Source: an uncultured Acidimicrobiia bacterium (GTDB lineage Bacteria > Acidobacteriota > Terriglobia > Versatilivoradales > Versatilivoraceae). From it: a DNA stretch of 64,000 nt. Numbering within the stretch: position 1 is the first letter of the stretch; each line of letters starts with the position of its first letter. The notes under the pieces are model-generated. The model was not told the origin of the DNA and made no database searches. It worked only from the letters and a program-made list of their open reading frames with translations. A program made the position numbers and the translations under genes. Positions 46,130 through 56,389 of this stretch are shown here, in pieces. The stretch is from the NCBI GenBank assembly GCA_963810905.1, contig CAWEPG010000003.1:19315-83314 (forward strand), written 5' to 3'.

Positions 46130-46342
46130 GCTCCCTCTCCTTTAAGGTGTCATTCAAACTGGTAGCTATCATCCTACCACAGGTGAAGTCCGTAACCGGC
46201 TTCTTCATGCCTCATTAGCTAGTAGTGGCTTGGTCCCGCGGGCTCGGCGTTCGGAAGAAAACATATTATTTGCGTTTCCGCTAGTTCTAGTCAAACACGA
46301 AAAGGATGGGTTGGTCTTGTCGTCATATGTCGAGCGCCAGCG

Positions 46343-47713
46343 CTAGCGCTTCTGGATACAGTAGAGGTAGTCTGCGGTGCGGATGAAGATCTGGTTATCG
46401 ACGGCCACTGGGCTGGCCAGCGTGTGGCTGTCGAGCTTGTTGACACCGAGGATCTCAAAAGCCGGTCCCACCTTCACGACGGTCGTCGTGCCCTCTTCGT
46501 TAATGCAGTAGATCTTGCCATCGGCGAGCAGCGGGGAGGAGCTGTAAGTGCCGGGCTCCACGCGTTGTCCCTGGTACACGACCTTCCCTGTATCGGCTTC
46601 GAGGCAATTCATCACGCCGTTGTCGCCAAGAACGTAGATATACTTGCCGTCGGTTGTGGGCGTTGGCACGTCGGCACCCAGATTATTCGTCCAGAGCTCG
46701 CTCTTACCCGTGATGTTACCGGAGCCACCAGCGCGGAAAGCAATAAATGGTCGGCCGCGCGTGCTGGGCGTGAACACGTTGCTGCCAATTACGATTGACG
46801 ACGCGATGGTGCGGCCAAATGGATTATTCGTCGGGTTGAAGCCGCCAATCCGCCACAGCTCCGTCCCATTCCCTAGGTCGTGACCGGTAACATAGTCGCC
46901 GCCAGAAATCACCAGTTGCGGCTTACCGTTCACGGTTACGATCTGCGGGGTTGCGTAGTTGTCGGGCGACTCCTGCACGGCATCCGTGGGTCTCTCCATT
47001 TTCCATAAAGTCTTGCCCGTGCTTTTGTCCACGGCAAACACGTACGACGGGTCGTCGGTCTTCATGCCATGGAGTACTTGAATGTAAAGGCGATCTCCGT
47101 GCAGCAACGGAGTGGAGGCGTAGCCGTGGTTGAGGCCGAAGCGCCCATAGTCTGCCTGGATGTCCCGCTTCCAGACTTCCTTGCCATCCATCGTGAAGCA
47201 GGCCAGCTTGCCGTTCCCGGTCATGCTCCAGACGAGCTGGCCATCGGTGAGCGGCGAAGGAGAGGCTGAGTTCTGCTTTCGGAAAAGCTGGTTTCCGCTA
47301 TCGATCTGCCGTTGCCAAAGGACCGAGCCATCCTTACGGTTCAAGGCGAGCAGGAAGACCTTGTCTGGACCCAGCTCACCTGCGCCGTGCTTACTATTGC
47401 CGCCACCCAGCGGCGAAAATCCTTCTTCCGCTGAAGTGATAAACACCGTGTCCTTCCAAACGATAGGAGTGGCCGCACTCCAGCTCGGCGTTTTCGCACG
47501 CCAAAGAACGTTCCGGGTTTGGCTCCAATCCACGGCCAGATCGTGAGCCGCCGGGGCGCTGCCGTCTGATTTCGGTCCTCGCCACTGCGGCCAGTCCGCC
47601 CCAATCAACCTGGCCAGCATCAGATCGGCCAACAAAAAACCAAGGAGAACAACGCGGCTTTGACGAGTCCCCATTCTTCCACCTCGAATGTTGAATGTGT
47701 GCACGAAAGGCAA
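46343..47713 (-). CDS. PQQ-repeat beta-propeller protein (BamB-like / PQQ enzyme repeat family), secreted.
   Basis: Repeated ...G.V.A.D..TG..LW motifs (VFALNRKDGSVLWQ, VFAVDKSTGKTLWK, CLEADTGKVVYQ) and an N-terminal signal. Confidence 0.7.
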   Translation of the reverse strand: MPFVHTFNIRGGRMGTRQSRVVLLGFLLADLMLARLIGADWPQWRGPKSDGSAPAAHDLAVDWSQTRNVLWRAKTPSWSAATPIVWKDTVFITSAEEGFSPLGGGNSKHGAGELGPDKVFLLALNRKDGSVLWQRQIDSGNQLFRKQNSASPSPLTDGQLVWSMTGNGKLACFTMDGKEVWKRDIQADYGRFGLNHGYASTPLLHGDRLYIQVLHGMKTDDPSYVFAVDKSTGKTLWKMERPTDAVQESPDNYATPQIVTVNGKPQLVISGGDYVTGHDLGNGTELWRIGGFNPTNNPFGRTIASSIVIGSNVFTPSTRGRPFIAFRAGGSGNITGKSELWTNNLGADVPTPTTDGKYIYVLGDNGVMNCLEADTGKVVYQGQRVEPGTYSSSPLLADGKIYCINEEGTTTVVKVGPAFEILGVNKLDSHTLASPVAVDNQIFIRTADYLYCIQKR

Positions 47714-48056
47714 CTCTCAGTTTGAGACCGATGTATGCTTTACTCTAATGAAAAAGAGAGCCCTTGATCAACAGAATAGCTTGCTGCGTTACTGTTGTCC
47801 ACGACTTAGCTCCTTCTGAAAGGTGGATTTGGGTCTGCCGAATTGTCAATCGAGGAGTCTGAATCTCTAACGTGAACTTCTTTGCCGGGGCGCCCATTTA
47901 TATATATTGCGTTGAGCAAAAACCCTTCCTCCTAAACACTGATCTTTCTCGCTTACTTTTCCACGTAATGAGAATTCTTTAATGAGGAAACCCCTGGCAA
48001 TGCAATTGTCAACATTCAGGACTAAAGGCCCAATTTTCGACTGGCACTGGTGCTTT

Positions 48057-49043
48057 TTAGCTGCAAAGTCTCTTGAAGGTCTCGACCACCTGGGAAGGGC
48101 GAGCATCGTAACTAAGAAGATAAGAAGGTGCCTGCACCAACTTACGAAGCACACGGTAATGCCTTCGGCACGCAGATTGTTCAGTGAGGAAGATATCGAG
48201 TTTCAACCGGTCGTAAGCGGCCTCTGCACTGATTGGCTCCAGTCGGGTTTCATTCCGCTGATTTCTTTCAAGAAAGACCAAGGCTGCTGGAAGACAGGAA
48301 GTGATGGTCTGTCCAGGGAACTCCTTGGCCATGTCAATCTCCAGATACGGCTCGTAATCACTTCTTAAATGGGCAGGTTTCCCCTCCAACTCAGGGAAAA
48401 GTCCTACGGCGGTTGGTAACAAGCGAAGATGCCAGGGGTTTCCCCAGACTGTCAGTGAATCCGATCCCGGGTTTGCACGCACGTGCACCACATCGTCAGA
48501 GAGTATCTGCATTCCATCACAAGCGCAGGCATAGGCCAGACTGGTTTTGCCGGCACCCGACGGGCCGCAAATGAAAACGCCTTTGCCCTTTAAAGCGACA
48601 CTCGCGCAATGGACCGGTGTATAGGCATGTTGGGTAGCCAGAACGTAGAAAAGGCATTCGAGAAACGCATTTCGAAAAAACGACGAATCCTCCGCAATTT
48701 CCGCCGAGACAAACCCCCCTGCCCGGCGCGATTTCAGATCGGCAATTGCAAAACTTGCTTCGCCGCAAGCGACATGAAACAGACTCCAAAGAGCTCGGAA
48801 ACTGGGTTTAGGCCAGGGCTTCGACTGGTGGTAGACCGGGTCGATATGAAGCCGAATATGATAATCCGGTTGCCGCGCCAAGGGTGGGGGAGGGTATCGT
48901 CCAAAACTCTGCCTGGCTGCTTCGATAACCAGTTCGTGATTTGACTCAACTTGCAAAATGCTTCCCAACGGAGCAAAGCTCTCACAAAACCGAACGGGAG
49001 TTCCCCAAAAAAGAGGGTCAAGAATTGGATCGCGCTTGTGCAT
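48057..49043 (-). CDS. HPr-kinase C-terminal-domain-like P-loop protein (HprK-related), orphan.
   Basis: VALKGKGVFICGPSGAGKTSLAYACACDGMQILSDDVVHV matches the HprK C-terminal Walker-A and DD fold. There is no HprK N-terminal domain and no PqqD or nucleotidyltransferase partner nearby. Confidence 0.5.
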   Translation of the reverse strand: MHKRDPILDPLFWGTPVRFCESFAPLGSILQVESNHELVIEAARQSFGRYPPPPLARQPDYHIRLHIDPVYHQSKPWPKPSFRALWSLFHVACGEASFAIADLKSRRAGGFVSAEIAEDSSFFRNAFLECLFYVLATQHAYTPVHCASVALKGKGVFICGPSGAGKTSLAYACACDGMQILSDDVVHVRANPGSDSLTVWGNPWHLRLLPTAVGLFPELEGKPAHLRSDYEPYLEIDMAKEFPGQTITSCLPAALVFLERNQRNETRLEPISAEAAYDRLKLDIFLTEQSACRRHYRVLRKLVQAPSYLLSYDARPSQVVETFKRLCS

Positions 49044-49472
49044 GAATTTCGTTTGCTGTATTCGTAGAGGATATGTTGCTTTTAGTCATTATAATCTGCG
49101 AGTTTCACGTCGTGAACAGCCTGAAGTTTTGTACCAATCGTTGTGCGAGACATGACAACACAGCTTGAGGCTGCGAAACGAGGTTCCCGACTGGGCTATA
49201 GGCTTCTGGTGCTGGCTTAAGTTAGTTACCGGAACTCTCCTGGCACTTCTCTTAGGTTGACTGAATGAAACTCAAGATCTAGTGCGGCCAGAGAATCGGC
49301 CGGATTGAGATATCATAGTTTAGAACCTCGTCCTTTTCCCTTTAAGAATTGAGTGTCGGAAACCAACAAGCTTGAACTCTGTCGAGACCGCGCAGTGCCG
49401 GGGAAACTGCTTTCCCAATATCTTCCTGCCGGGACCCTCGTGTCGGATCAACCGACCGCCTGCGTGAGTGGT

Positions 49473-50270
49473 TTAGAATTTGTACCTCTCTCGAAGAATC
49501 CTGGCCCGGTCCCGGCTCAGGGGAATGCAGACCCGGTCCAAATCAGCCAAGTAGATATCAAAAACTCCACTCTCGGCCGGGACAATCTCCTTAATCTTAT
49601 TCAGATTGATAATGGCGGAACGGTGGGAACGGAAGAAGATCTGCTCATCCAGGAGTTCCTCAATTTCGGCTAAAGTATAGCTGCTCCAGTACTCTCCGCT
49701 GAGAGTCATCACAATCGTGACTCCTTGCTCCGAACGGATGTAATAGATATTAGCAGGGTTCATCAAGACGATCTTCTTGCCGCGGCGCAGGGGGATGTGA
49801 GGCGGGGGGCTTTTTGGTCTTTCCATAGTCAAAAGCAACGCGCGAATCTTTTCGTAGCTAAGTGCCGCTTGATTGTTATCTTGTGTGAGCTTCTCTATGG
49901 CTTGTTGGAGCCGTGATTGATCAATGGGCTTGAGCAAGTAATCCACTGCATTGACTTCAAAAGCTTTCACTGCATATTTGTCATAAGCCGTCACAAAGAT
50001 GACCTGTGGTTTCGGGTCCCCTGTCAGAGACCGAAGCACCTCAAACCCATTCAGGCCGGGCATCTGGACGTCGAGGAATGCCAGATCCGGTTTCTTTTCT
50101 TCAATTATTTCGACGGCTTGAAGTCCATCTTCCGCTTCATCGATCACTTCAATTTGAGGATATGCCTTTAGAAGCTTCTTCAGGAACACCCGAGAGGCTT
50201 TTTCGTCATCAACAATCAGCGTCCGGATCATAAAGCCTCCTAGCTTTAAAAGTTTCGGATAGAAGAGCAA
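49473..50270 (-). CDS. LytTR-family response regulator (REC + LytTR DNA-binding).
   Basis: MIRTLIVDDE...DLAFLDVQMPGLNGFEV (REC, with the phospho-Asp context) and a C-terminal IFFRSHRSAIINLNKI (LytTR). Confidence 0.85.
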   Translation of the reverse strand: MLFYPKLLKLGGFMIRTLIVDDEKASRVFLKKLLKAYPQIEVIDEAEDGLQAVEIIEEKKPDLAFLDVQMPGLNGFEVLRSLTGDPKPQVIFVTAYDKYAVKAFEVNAVDYLLKPIDQSRLQQAIEKLTQDNNQAALSYEKIRALLLTMERPKSPPPHIPLRRGKKIVLMNPANIYYIRSEQGVTIVMTLSGEYWSSYTLAEIEELLDEQIFFRSHRSAIINLNKIKEIVPAESGVFDIYLADLDRVCIPLSRDRARILRERYKF

Positions 50271-50580
50271 TATGTTTCATTTAGATTGGCAGCAAAGCGA
50301 CGACTTCGACTGCTTCCACGGTCCATTTAGTCCAAAACTGAACTGCTCTCGCCTGGCACAGCGTCAACAAGGTATTATCCAGCTTAATGCTCCGCTGGAC
50401 AATACTCTGCTGGGGGCGAATGCCAAAGCCCCTGTCAACTCCCTGGTGAACTAGACGGATCCCCAGGTTGCGTCGTCCTGAGGCGACGAAAATTAGTGTG
50501 TCGATGTCGAGGGTCTCAGCCACGCATCTATCCGGCCAGCCTGAAGAAAGCCTGTTGGCGTGCACAGTCTTGACGACAAT

Positions 50581-52383
50581 TCATGCAACAGGAAGAGAGG
50601 AAAGGGGAGGGGGAACACAGGTGAGTTCCAACGAGACTGTTGTTCCCCGTTGAAATTCGCTCTCCACTTTCCAGGAAAAATCCGATTGATACAAAATTGT
50701 CAATCGGTCAATCAGGTTTCGAAGACCATAGCCTCGCTCAAGGATGTTTTCCATTTTCTGTTGGGGGATCCCCACCCCGTTATCGCTAACCCGGATAGAG
50801 AGGCGGCCATTACTCTGGCTTACCTGGATACTTATCGTCGTGGTCCCGATCTTCGGGGCAGCTCCGTGTTTGATCGCATTTTCGATCAAGGGCTGCAGAG
50901 TGAAACAGGGGATCTGGGCGTCTTGAACGGTCACATTCCGGACGACCTGAAGGCGCTCCCCGAAGCGAGCTTTTTCGATTTCCAGATAATCGGCGATGAA
51001 GTTCAGTTCCTCCTGGAGGCTAATGATTTCTTTTTCGGAGACCTGGAGAGTACGCCGGAAGATATTGGCCAGCTTGATAGTCAAACGTTGAGCTTCAGCA
51101 GGGTTCTCATCAATCAAAACTCCCACCGTATTGAGCGCATTGAAGAGGAAATGGGGATTCACCTGGGAAATCAACGCGTCCAGCCTCGAACGCATCGCCA
51201 GAGTTCTGAGTTTCTCTTCTTGGGATTGCTTTTGCCGAAGTTCCTCATGATACCGGGCGGTTTGGAACTGGGACTCCTCTAGAGAGCGGGCCATGTTTTC
51301 AAATGATCGGGCCAGGACATCGACTTCATAATTGGGAGAAGGACTGGAGAACTTCTTGTTCAAATCACCTGTCTGGGTAATGCCTTGTATAAAATCCACA
51401 AAATTCAGCAACGGCCGGGTAAACGATCGGCTGAGCCCCCAACTCAGCATCATGGCCAGAATGACTGAGCACAATCCGGTCAGCACCAGGCTTTGCTTTA
51501 TTCCTCCCGTAATTCCCTGCATGGCCTGATCAATGGAATTCAAGATCACAAAACTGCCACTGGATGCCTCACCCAGCGGAATGCGAAGTGCCAGGAAGGA
51601 CTCCCCGTTTAAAACCAGCTCAGATTGCTGAACTTCGGGGGGCCTCACACCGAACGAATCAACATTTCGCACAGCATTCAGCAGGGCCTGGTTTTGAGCG
51701 AAATTCAAGGTAGATGCTATAATCGTGTTCTCCGAGTAAAAAACGATGTCGCTGTTTATATTGGCCTTAATGGAACGGACCAGTTCGGGGCTGATTTCAA
51801 AGCCGCTGCTCAAGGTACCTACCACGATGTCTTCGAGCAAGATTGGAACCGAAACAACGCGATAAATCTTTTCCCGAAATCGCCACACACTGGCCGCCTT
51901 TTCAAAATCTTCGGGAGTATTGCTAAGGCTGTTGACCACCGACGGTTGTTGAGACAAGTTGAGGTTCTCCGGGACAAGCGCCAAGGGAATCCCCTGGAGG
52001 GCTATGACATCGCCATTGTTGGCGGTGACGATCAGGATGTTGGTGGCCATGATTGAAAAGAGCTTCCGGGCTTCATTGTCTACGGTGCGCTTCAACTGCT
52101 CGATCAATCGCTGGTTTGCGCCGCCTTCGGTCTGGAAAGTTTCAATAGCAGCTTTCAGGGTGGAGTTCTCAGAGGCGATAATCGAATAGGCGACCAACTC
52201 GTGGAGACGGTTTTTTTGAGCCTGCTGCAGCGTCAACTGGGAACGCTTCAAGTCACGCACCAGCTGCGTTCTGATCTGTTGCTTGACCACCCGATTTACC
52301 AGCATGAAGGAGCCGGAGATGACCAGGACGATCAGAAACTCGGTAGTGACTATGATCTTGGTTCGAAGCTTGAAGGCTCTCAT
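50581..52383 (-). CDS. LytS/YehU-type sensor histidine kinase with a periplasmic sensor domain and HAMP.
   Basis: An N-terminal TM, a roughly 270-aa periplasmic region, a second TM, HAMP, QVNPHFLFNALNTVGVLI (His_kinase PF06580), and an HATPase_c N/G-box (ENAIKHG...DNGVGI). Confidence 0.85.
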   Translation of the reverse strand: MRAFKLRTKIIVTTEFLIVLVISGSFMLVNRVVKQQIRTQLVRDLKRSQLTLQQAQKNRLHELVAYSIIASENSTLKAAIETFQTEGGANQRLIEQLKRTVDNEARKLFSIMATNILIVTANNGDVIALQGIPLALVPENLNLSQQPSVVNSLSNTPEDFEKAASVWRFREKIYRVVSVPILLEDIVVGTLSSGFEISPELVRSIKANINSDIVFYSENTIIASTLNFAQNQALLNAVRNVDSFGVRPPEVQQSELVLNGESFLALRIPLGEASSGSFVILNSIDQAMQGITGGIKQSLVLTGLCSVILAMMLSWGLSRSFTRPLLNFVDFIQGITQTGDLNKKFSSPSPNYEVDVLARSFENMARSLEESQFQTARYHEELRQKQSQEEKLRTLAMRSRLDALISQVNPHFLFNALNTVGVLIDENPAEAQRLTIKLANIFRRTLQVSEKEIISLQEELNFIADYLEIEKARFGERLQVVRNVTVQDAQIPCFTLQPLIENAIKHGAAPKIGTTTISIQVSQSNGRLSIRVSDNGVGIPQQKMENILERGYGLRNLIDRLTILYQSDFSWKVESEFQRGTTVSLELTCVPPPLSSLPVA

Positions 52384-53222
52384 AAGACCACATCCACAGA
52401 GATTGTCTCCCCTGACTTGACGGTTATGGGTCGTTTCACCGCTTGCAGCCGTTCATGCCAGCATACCAGGGTGTAGCTCCCGATAGGAACAGCAGGAAGG
52501 AGAAACTGCCCCCCGCTGTCGGGAACCGTGAAATACGGATGCTTAAACACCAGGATCACAGCGCTCATATTGGAGTGAATATGACAAAACACTTTGATAA
52601 TTCCTGGCTTGTCGAACCGGACTGCGCGTATCTGCCCCTTGGGGTAGCGCCCCAAATCAAAACTCTTTGTACCGGAGAGTGAAAATACATTATGGAAGAA
52701 AGGATCGCCGTTCGGGAATTCCACCGTGGTGCCCACTATGATGGGAAGCACATGCGGCACGAAGGTCTCATTAACTTGTCGAATTGACGGATTAGACCGG
52801 TCGACTTCCGGACTTCTTGTTTCCGTTGCCTCTTCTTTTTCTCTAACAAGATCGCGGTTCGATGATGACATTGAAGAGAAACTTCCTTCCAAATAAATAA
52901 TCACATTCTCCACTTCGTTGACGGCTGGCACTGGTGAACTGACAGGAAGTGGATGGGAGCCTCGGGAATAGATGTTAAATGCCATGCTCTTCGACTTGAT
53001 CCGACTCTCAATACGAACGATCCCTCGAATCTGGCCGAATGTTTGATTTAAAGTCGTTGGCGACTCCACAGCTTCTTCTCGAGCCCAACCCAACAGGCTT
53101 CCGCCATTCTTGCTAGATGATAAGACAAGGGTCCCCATGGAGACTGATAATAACTGCAGAGCGACATAATACATGTATAAAGAAACAGCAAAATGGGTTC
53201 CTTTTCCCAAGTGAGATTTCAT
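52380..53222 (-). CDS. Secreted cupredoxin-like domain protein, co-transcribed with the LytS kinase (4-bp overlap).
   Basis: A signal peptide, then a C-terminal VEFPNGDPFFHNVFS...FDLGRYPKGQIRAVRFDKPGIIKVFCHIHSNMSAVILV that matches the Cupredoxin_1 pattern. The metal ligands are uncertain. Confidence 0.4.
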   Translation of the reverse strand: MKSHLGKGTHFAVSLYMYYVALQLLSVSMGTLVLSSSKNGGSLLGWAREEAVESPTTLNQTFGQIRGIVRIESRIKSKSMAFNIYSRGSHPLPVSSPVPAVNEVENVIIYLEGSFSSMSSSNRDLVREKEEATETRSPEVDRSNPSIRQVNETFVPHVLPIIVGTTVEFPNGDPFFHNVFSLSGTKSFDLGRYPKGQIRAVRFDKPGIIKVFCHIHSNMSAVILVFKHPYFTVPDSGGQFLLPAVPIGSYTLVCWHERLQAVKRPITVKSGETISVDVVL

Positions 53223-54638
53223 TTAAGCCTCAGCAGATCGATGATGTCGAATGAGTATACCAATTGTGCCGCAAAGACATTATTACGAGGGTCTAACCCT
53301 CCCAAGGTTCGGTCATGCAGCCAAGACACCTTTGTCAAAAGCCTTTCAGTAATACGAAAGCCAAGTCCAACTTCCAGACTATTAACATTGTAGTCAAAAC
53401 GGACGCCCGCAGAATTGCTGAGTTCAGGGTAAGTGGGTTCCTCATAAGGAGAAACAGCGCTCGGTCGAACTCGGCCAAAGAAAATTTGATTCCAGCGCAG
53501 TGCGGTATAAAACCTTGGGGCCCAAGTGTACTTTAATTCCACGTAATAACCGGTGGCTCCAAGCCGCTGGTTGATGTTGGGAACCTTAAAATTGGTAAAT
53601 AGGAGTTCCCCGGACATCTCAAGGTGGTGGAGTGTATACTCAAAGTCGAAATCCAGCGCCTTTTGGGTATAATCGCGTAGCGATGTCCCCGCTGGAAGCT
53701 GAGAATTCACTGAACCATCCAGGTAGGGGCCCTCAGTCAGCGAAGTCCCTAGCCGCAAACCCGGTATGATCCGTCCAGCCGCCCCCTGCAATCCACTGGG
53801 CCCTTTGTCCTGACTGGTTCAGGTTGAGGGGATTCGAGATGGAGCTGTTGACCGCCGCGAACCGATAGTCGAAACGCTTCGTATTCCCATAGACCATGAT
53901 CCCCGTGGGGTAGGCATAATTGACCAAAGGCAGCCACCCGGCTTCGTTTCCATAAGCATAAATCTGCGGGATTCTGACACGATAGCGATAAGACAGCAGG
54001 TCCGCGGGATTCTGCAGAACACGGGAAGCTGAGATCGCCGTTCGGTAGTAGTAGATGAGGGGAGAACCGACCAGCGGATTCTGGTTGGGATAATTTCGGG
54101 AAATGAATTCTCCAAAAGGAGTCCCAAACTTGCCGACTTGAATATTCAAAACCCACGGAGCTTTGAAGCTGTAGCGAATATAGGCTTGATTCACGGGATA
54201 TTCATAGGTCCTCTGAATTCGAGGATCGGATCCGCTTAACCCCTCCACGTCGTAAATTCTGCCTTCATAGAAGGCGTAAAGAGAATCGGTGATCCGGAGA
54301 GATCCCAGCAGGATGAACTGGCCGTTCAGATTGGTTTGGCGGTTCGTAGAGGGGTAGTAATAGGTATAAGGGATGCCCGTATTGGTTATACCTAGGTCGC
54401 CAATACCCTGAAGGCCGAGCCGTTCACTAGCTGAGATTAACTTGTCATCCCCACAGAAGAGGGAAAACAGCAAGCACACGAGGATCCGCGCAAGAAGATG
54501 TGGCTGCCACGAAATCAAGCACCTCCCGATCCGAGAAGCCGTTTGCAATCTTCCTTTTAATTCTCGAAGGGAACTCATAGTTTCTCCTGGCAGCCCTTGG
54601 AAACCTTGAAGGCCACACTGAGAAGACGCTTCCATCAT
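53219..54638 (-). CDS. Outer-membrane beta-barrel (porin-like) protein, frame-broken near 53760. The likely start is MSSLREL at about 54578.
   Basis: A signal-like segment (ILVCLLFSLFCG), then many alternating aromatic and hydrophilic beta-strand motifs (YRYRVRIPQIYAYGN, YTWAPRFYTALRWNQIFFG, AAQLVYSFDII). The two ORFs overlap. Confidence 0.45.
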
Positions 54639-54937
54639 CGAAGCTACGCGACAGCGCGGATTTCAACCAGTTTTTATTATTCTTCCATACGCCTCGAGAT
54701 ATGGCAACAGAACCCGGCTCTGTTAAAACTGAGCCCTGATGTCCGGCGTAATGCTACTGCGTACATTTATTCCTTCAGTCAATGCTTCTTTTAACCTTTC
54801 ATCTATCGCTTTCAACTATTCAGCTATGATGCTCTTTCTGCTCAAGCGGACTTTGTTATCGTTAACACCTGTCATGGGGTTGCAACTTCTCCTCTTTAGA
54901 GGCTAAGGAAGTCGCAACATAAGAAGAAAGCGCAGGA

Positions 54938-55072
54938 CCATCGAGCTCAGATCCAGTGGCGCCAATGTGGCTTAATTTGTGGCCGTATCCAAGGTGTATG
55001 CCCCGCTGGCCACTCAGAGTGGCAGTGTCGGGGCAACTAGTTCATTCTTCTTTGCCGAACCGATCGATTAGC
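54938..55072 (+). repeat. Orphan 3'-end fragment of a paralog of the IPT/TIG-domain gene at 59859..60947 (about 85 % identity to 60814-60950).
   Basis: atcgagctcagatccagtggcgccaatgt...cagagtggcagtgtcgggRcRaccagttcattcttctttgccgaaccgatc is shared. It encodes ...IELRSSGAN...TQSGSVGTTSSFFFAEPI, followed by a stop. There is no upstream body. Confidence 0.7.
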
Positions 55073-55327
55073 GAGCGATTAGAATCGACGGCCACCCAAA
55101 GCAATCCTGCCTCCACCCCAGAAGAACCTCGGGGCAGGCTGATTCTGGGTCGGCAGTTCAATGCGGGAGAATGACAGCAACCGTGTGCGATCCGCCTGTT
55201 TTGCAGCGCGACAAGTCTTGTAGTCAAGACTGCCCTGAGGTTTTTCTGGGTGTACCCAATATTTTTCAAAATGGTAGTGATCGGAAGAGCTGCGTGACTA
55301 GCCATTCCAGCTGTTGAGGTACTAAAG

Positions 55328-56353
55328 TTGGGTTCTTCTGTTTCGGTTCACATCATGGGTGGTGGACCCGCGGGCTCCGCAGCCGCAATCGCCGCGCTGT
55401 CGGAAGCCCGTTCCGTTCATATTTTCGAAAAGTCCCGCTTTCCCCGCCATAAAGTTTGCGGTGAATTCCTCTCGCCTGAGATTGCTCCAATTCTGGAATC
55501 GCTAGGGATCTTGCAGGAGTTTCTTCGGCTCGGGCCGGTACCCATCAGAAAATCGATTCTGCATTTTGGCGCCCGCTCCACCCAAAGCCAACTGCCCGAT
55601 GGCGCATTCGGGTTGAGTCGCTATGAGTTTGACCGTTTGCTCTTTGAGAAGGCAATTGCACTCGGTGCAACAACCACGCGGGAGCGCGTAGCAGCCGAAA
55701 ACTTTGCTGCTCCGGTCGACTCTAACAGCTACAACTGCCTGATACTCGCCACGGGACGAAAATCGATCGCAGTCGCAGGTCGGCGGTTGTTTGGATTCAA
55801 GGCACATTTCGAAGGACCCGTAAACGACGCCGTCGAGCTTTTCTTTTTTCGCGGATGCTACATTGGCGTAAGTGCTGTCGAGAATGGGATTACAAATATC
55901 TGTGGGATCGCGCCGGAGCGCGTCCTTCGCGCCTGTGAATTCCTGATAGACGATCTGCTCAGCGGGTGGCCGCCTTTGGCTTGTCGGGTACGCCCTCTCA
56001 CTCGAGTTTCCCGGTGGTTAACTGCAGGGCCATTGGTGTATGGCGGACAGTGGCAGCACTTCGCTGGGAGGGAAGTTTATCCTGCAGGGGACGCCCTGGG
56101 TTTCATCGATCCGTTCACTGGGATGGGCCTGGTGAACGCTGTTGGTACCGGTCGCATGGCTGGATTGGCTGCTTCCCGGCGGAGTTCAGTTGAAGATTAC
56201 CTTTCAAATTGTCGCCGGGCAGTCCGCAGGCCTTTCTATCTGGCCACTCTCTTCCGGACGATCCTGGAAGCGGGTTTGGCCCAGAGCTTGGGCCCGCTGA
56301 TCCCTGCCCGCTACCTCTTTCGGATGACGCGGCCCGGCACTCTCGTCGCATGA
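55328..56353 (+). CDS. FAD-dependent oxidoreductase, geranylgeranyl-reductase / flavin-monooxygenase-like.
   Basis: IMGGGPAGSAAAIAAL (GxGxxG), and a second FAD motif region ...GDALGFIDPFTGMG near the C-terminus. 341 aa. Confidence 0.6.
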   Translation: MGSSVSVHIMGGGPAGSAAAIAALSEARSVHIFEKSRFPRHKVCGEFLSPEIAPILESLGILQEFLRLGPVPIRKSILHFGARSTQSQLPDGAFGLSRYEFDRLLFEKAIALGATTTRERVAAENFAAPVDSNSYNCLILATGRKSIAVAGRRLFGFKAHFEGPVNDAVELFFFRGCYIGVSAVENGITNICGIAPERVLRACEFLIDDLLSGWPPLACRVRPLTRVSRWLTAGPLVYGGQWQHFAGREVYPAGDALGFIDPFTGMGLVNAVGTGRMAGLAASRRSSVEDYLSNCRRAVRRPFYLATLFRTILEAGLAQSLGPLIPARYLFRMTRPGTLVA

Positions 56354-56389
56354 AAACGGCAGAATTTTGCATAATAATGAGCGGAGCAA

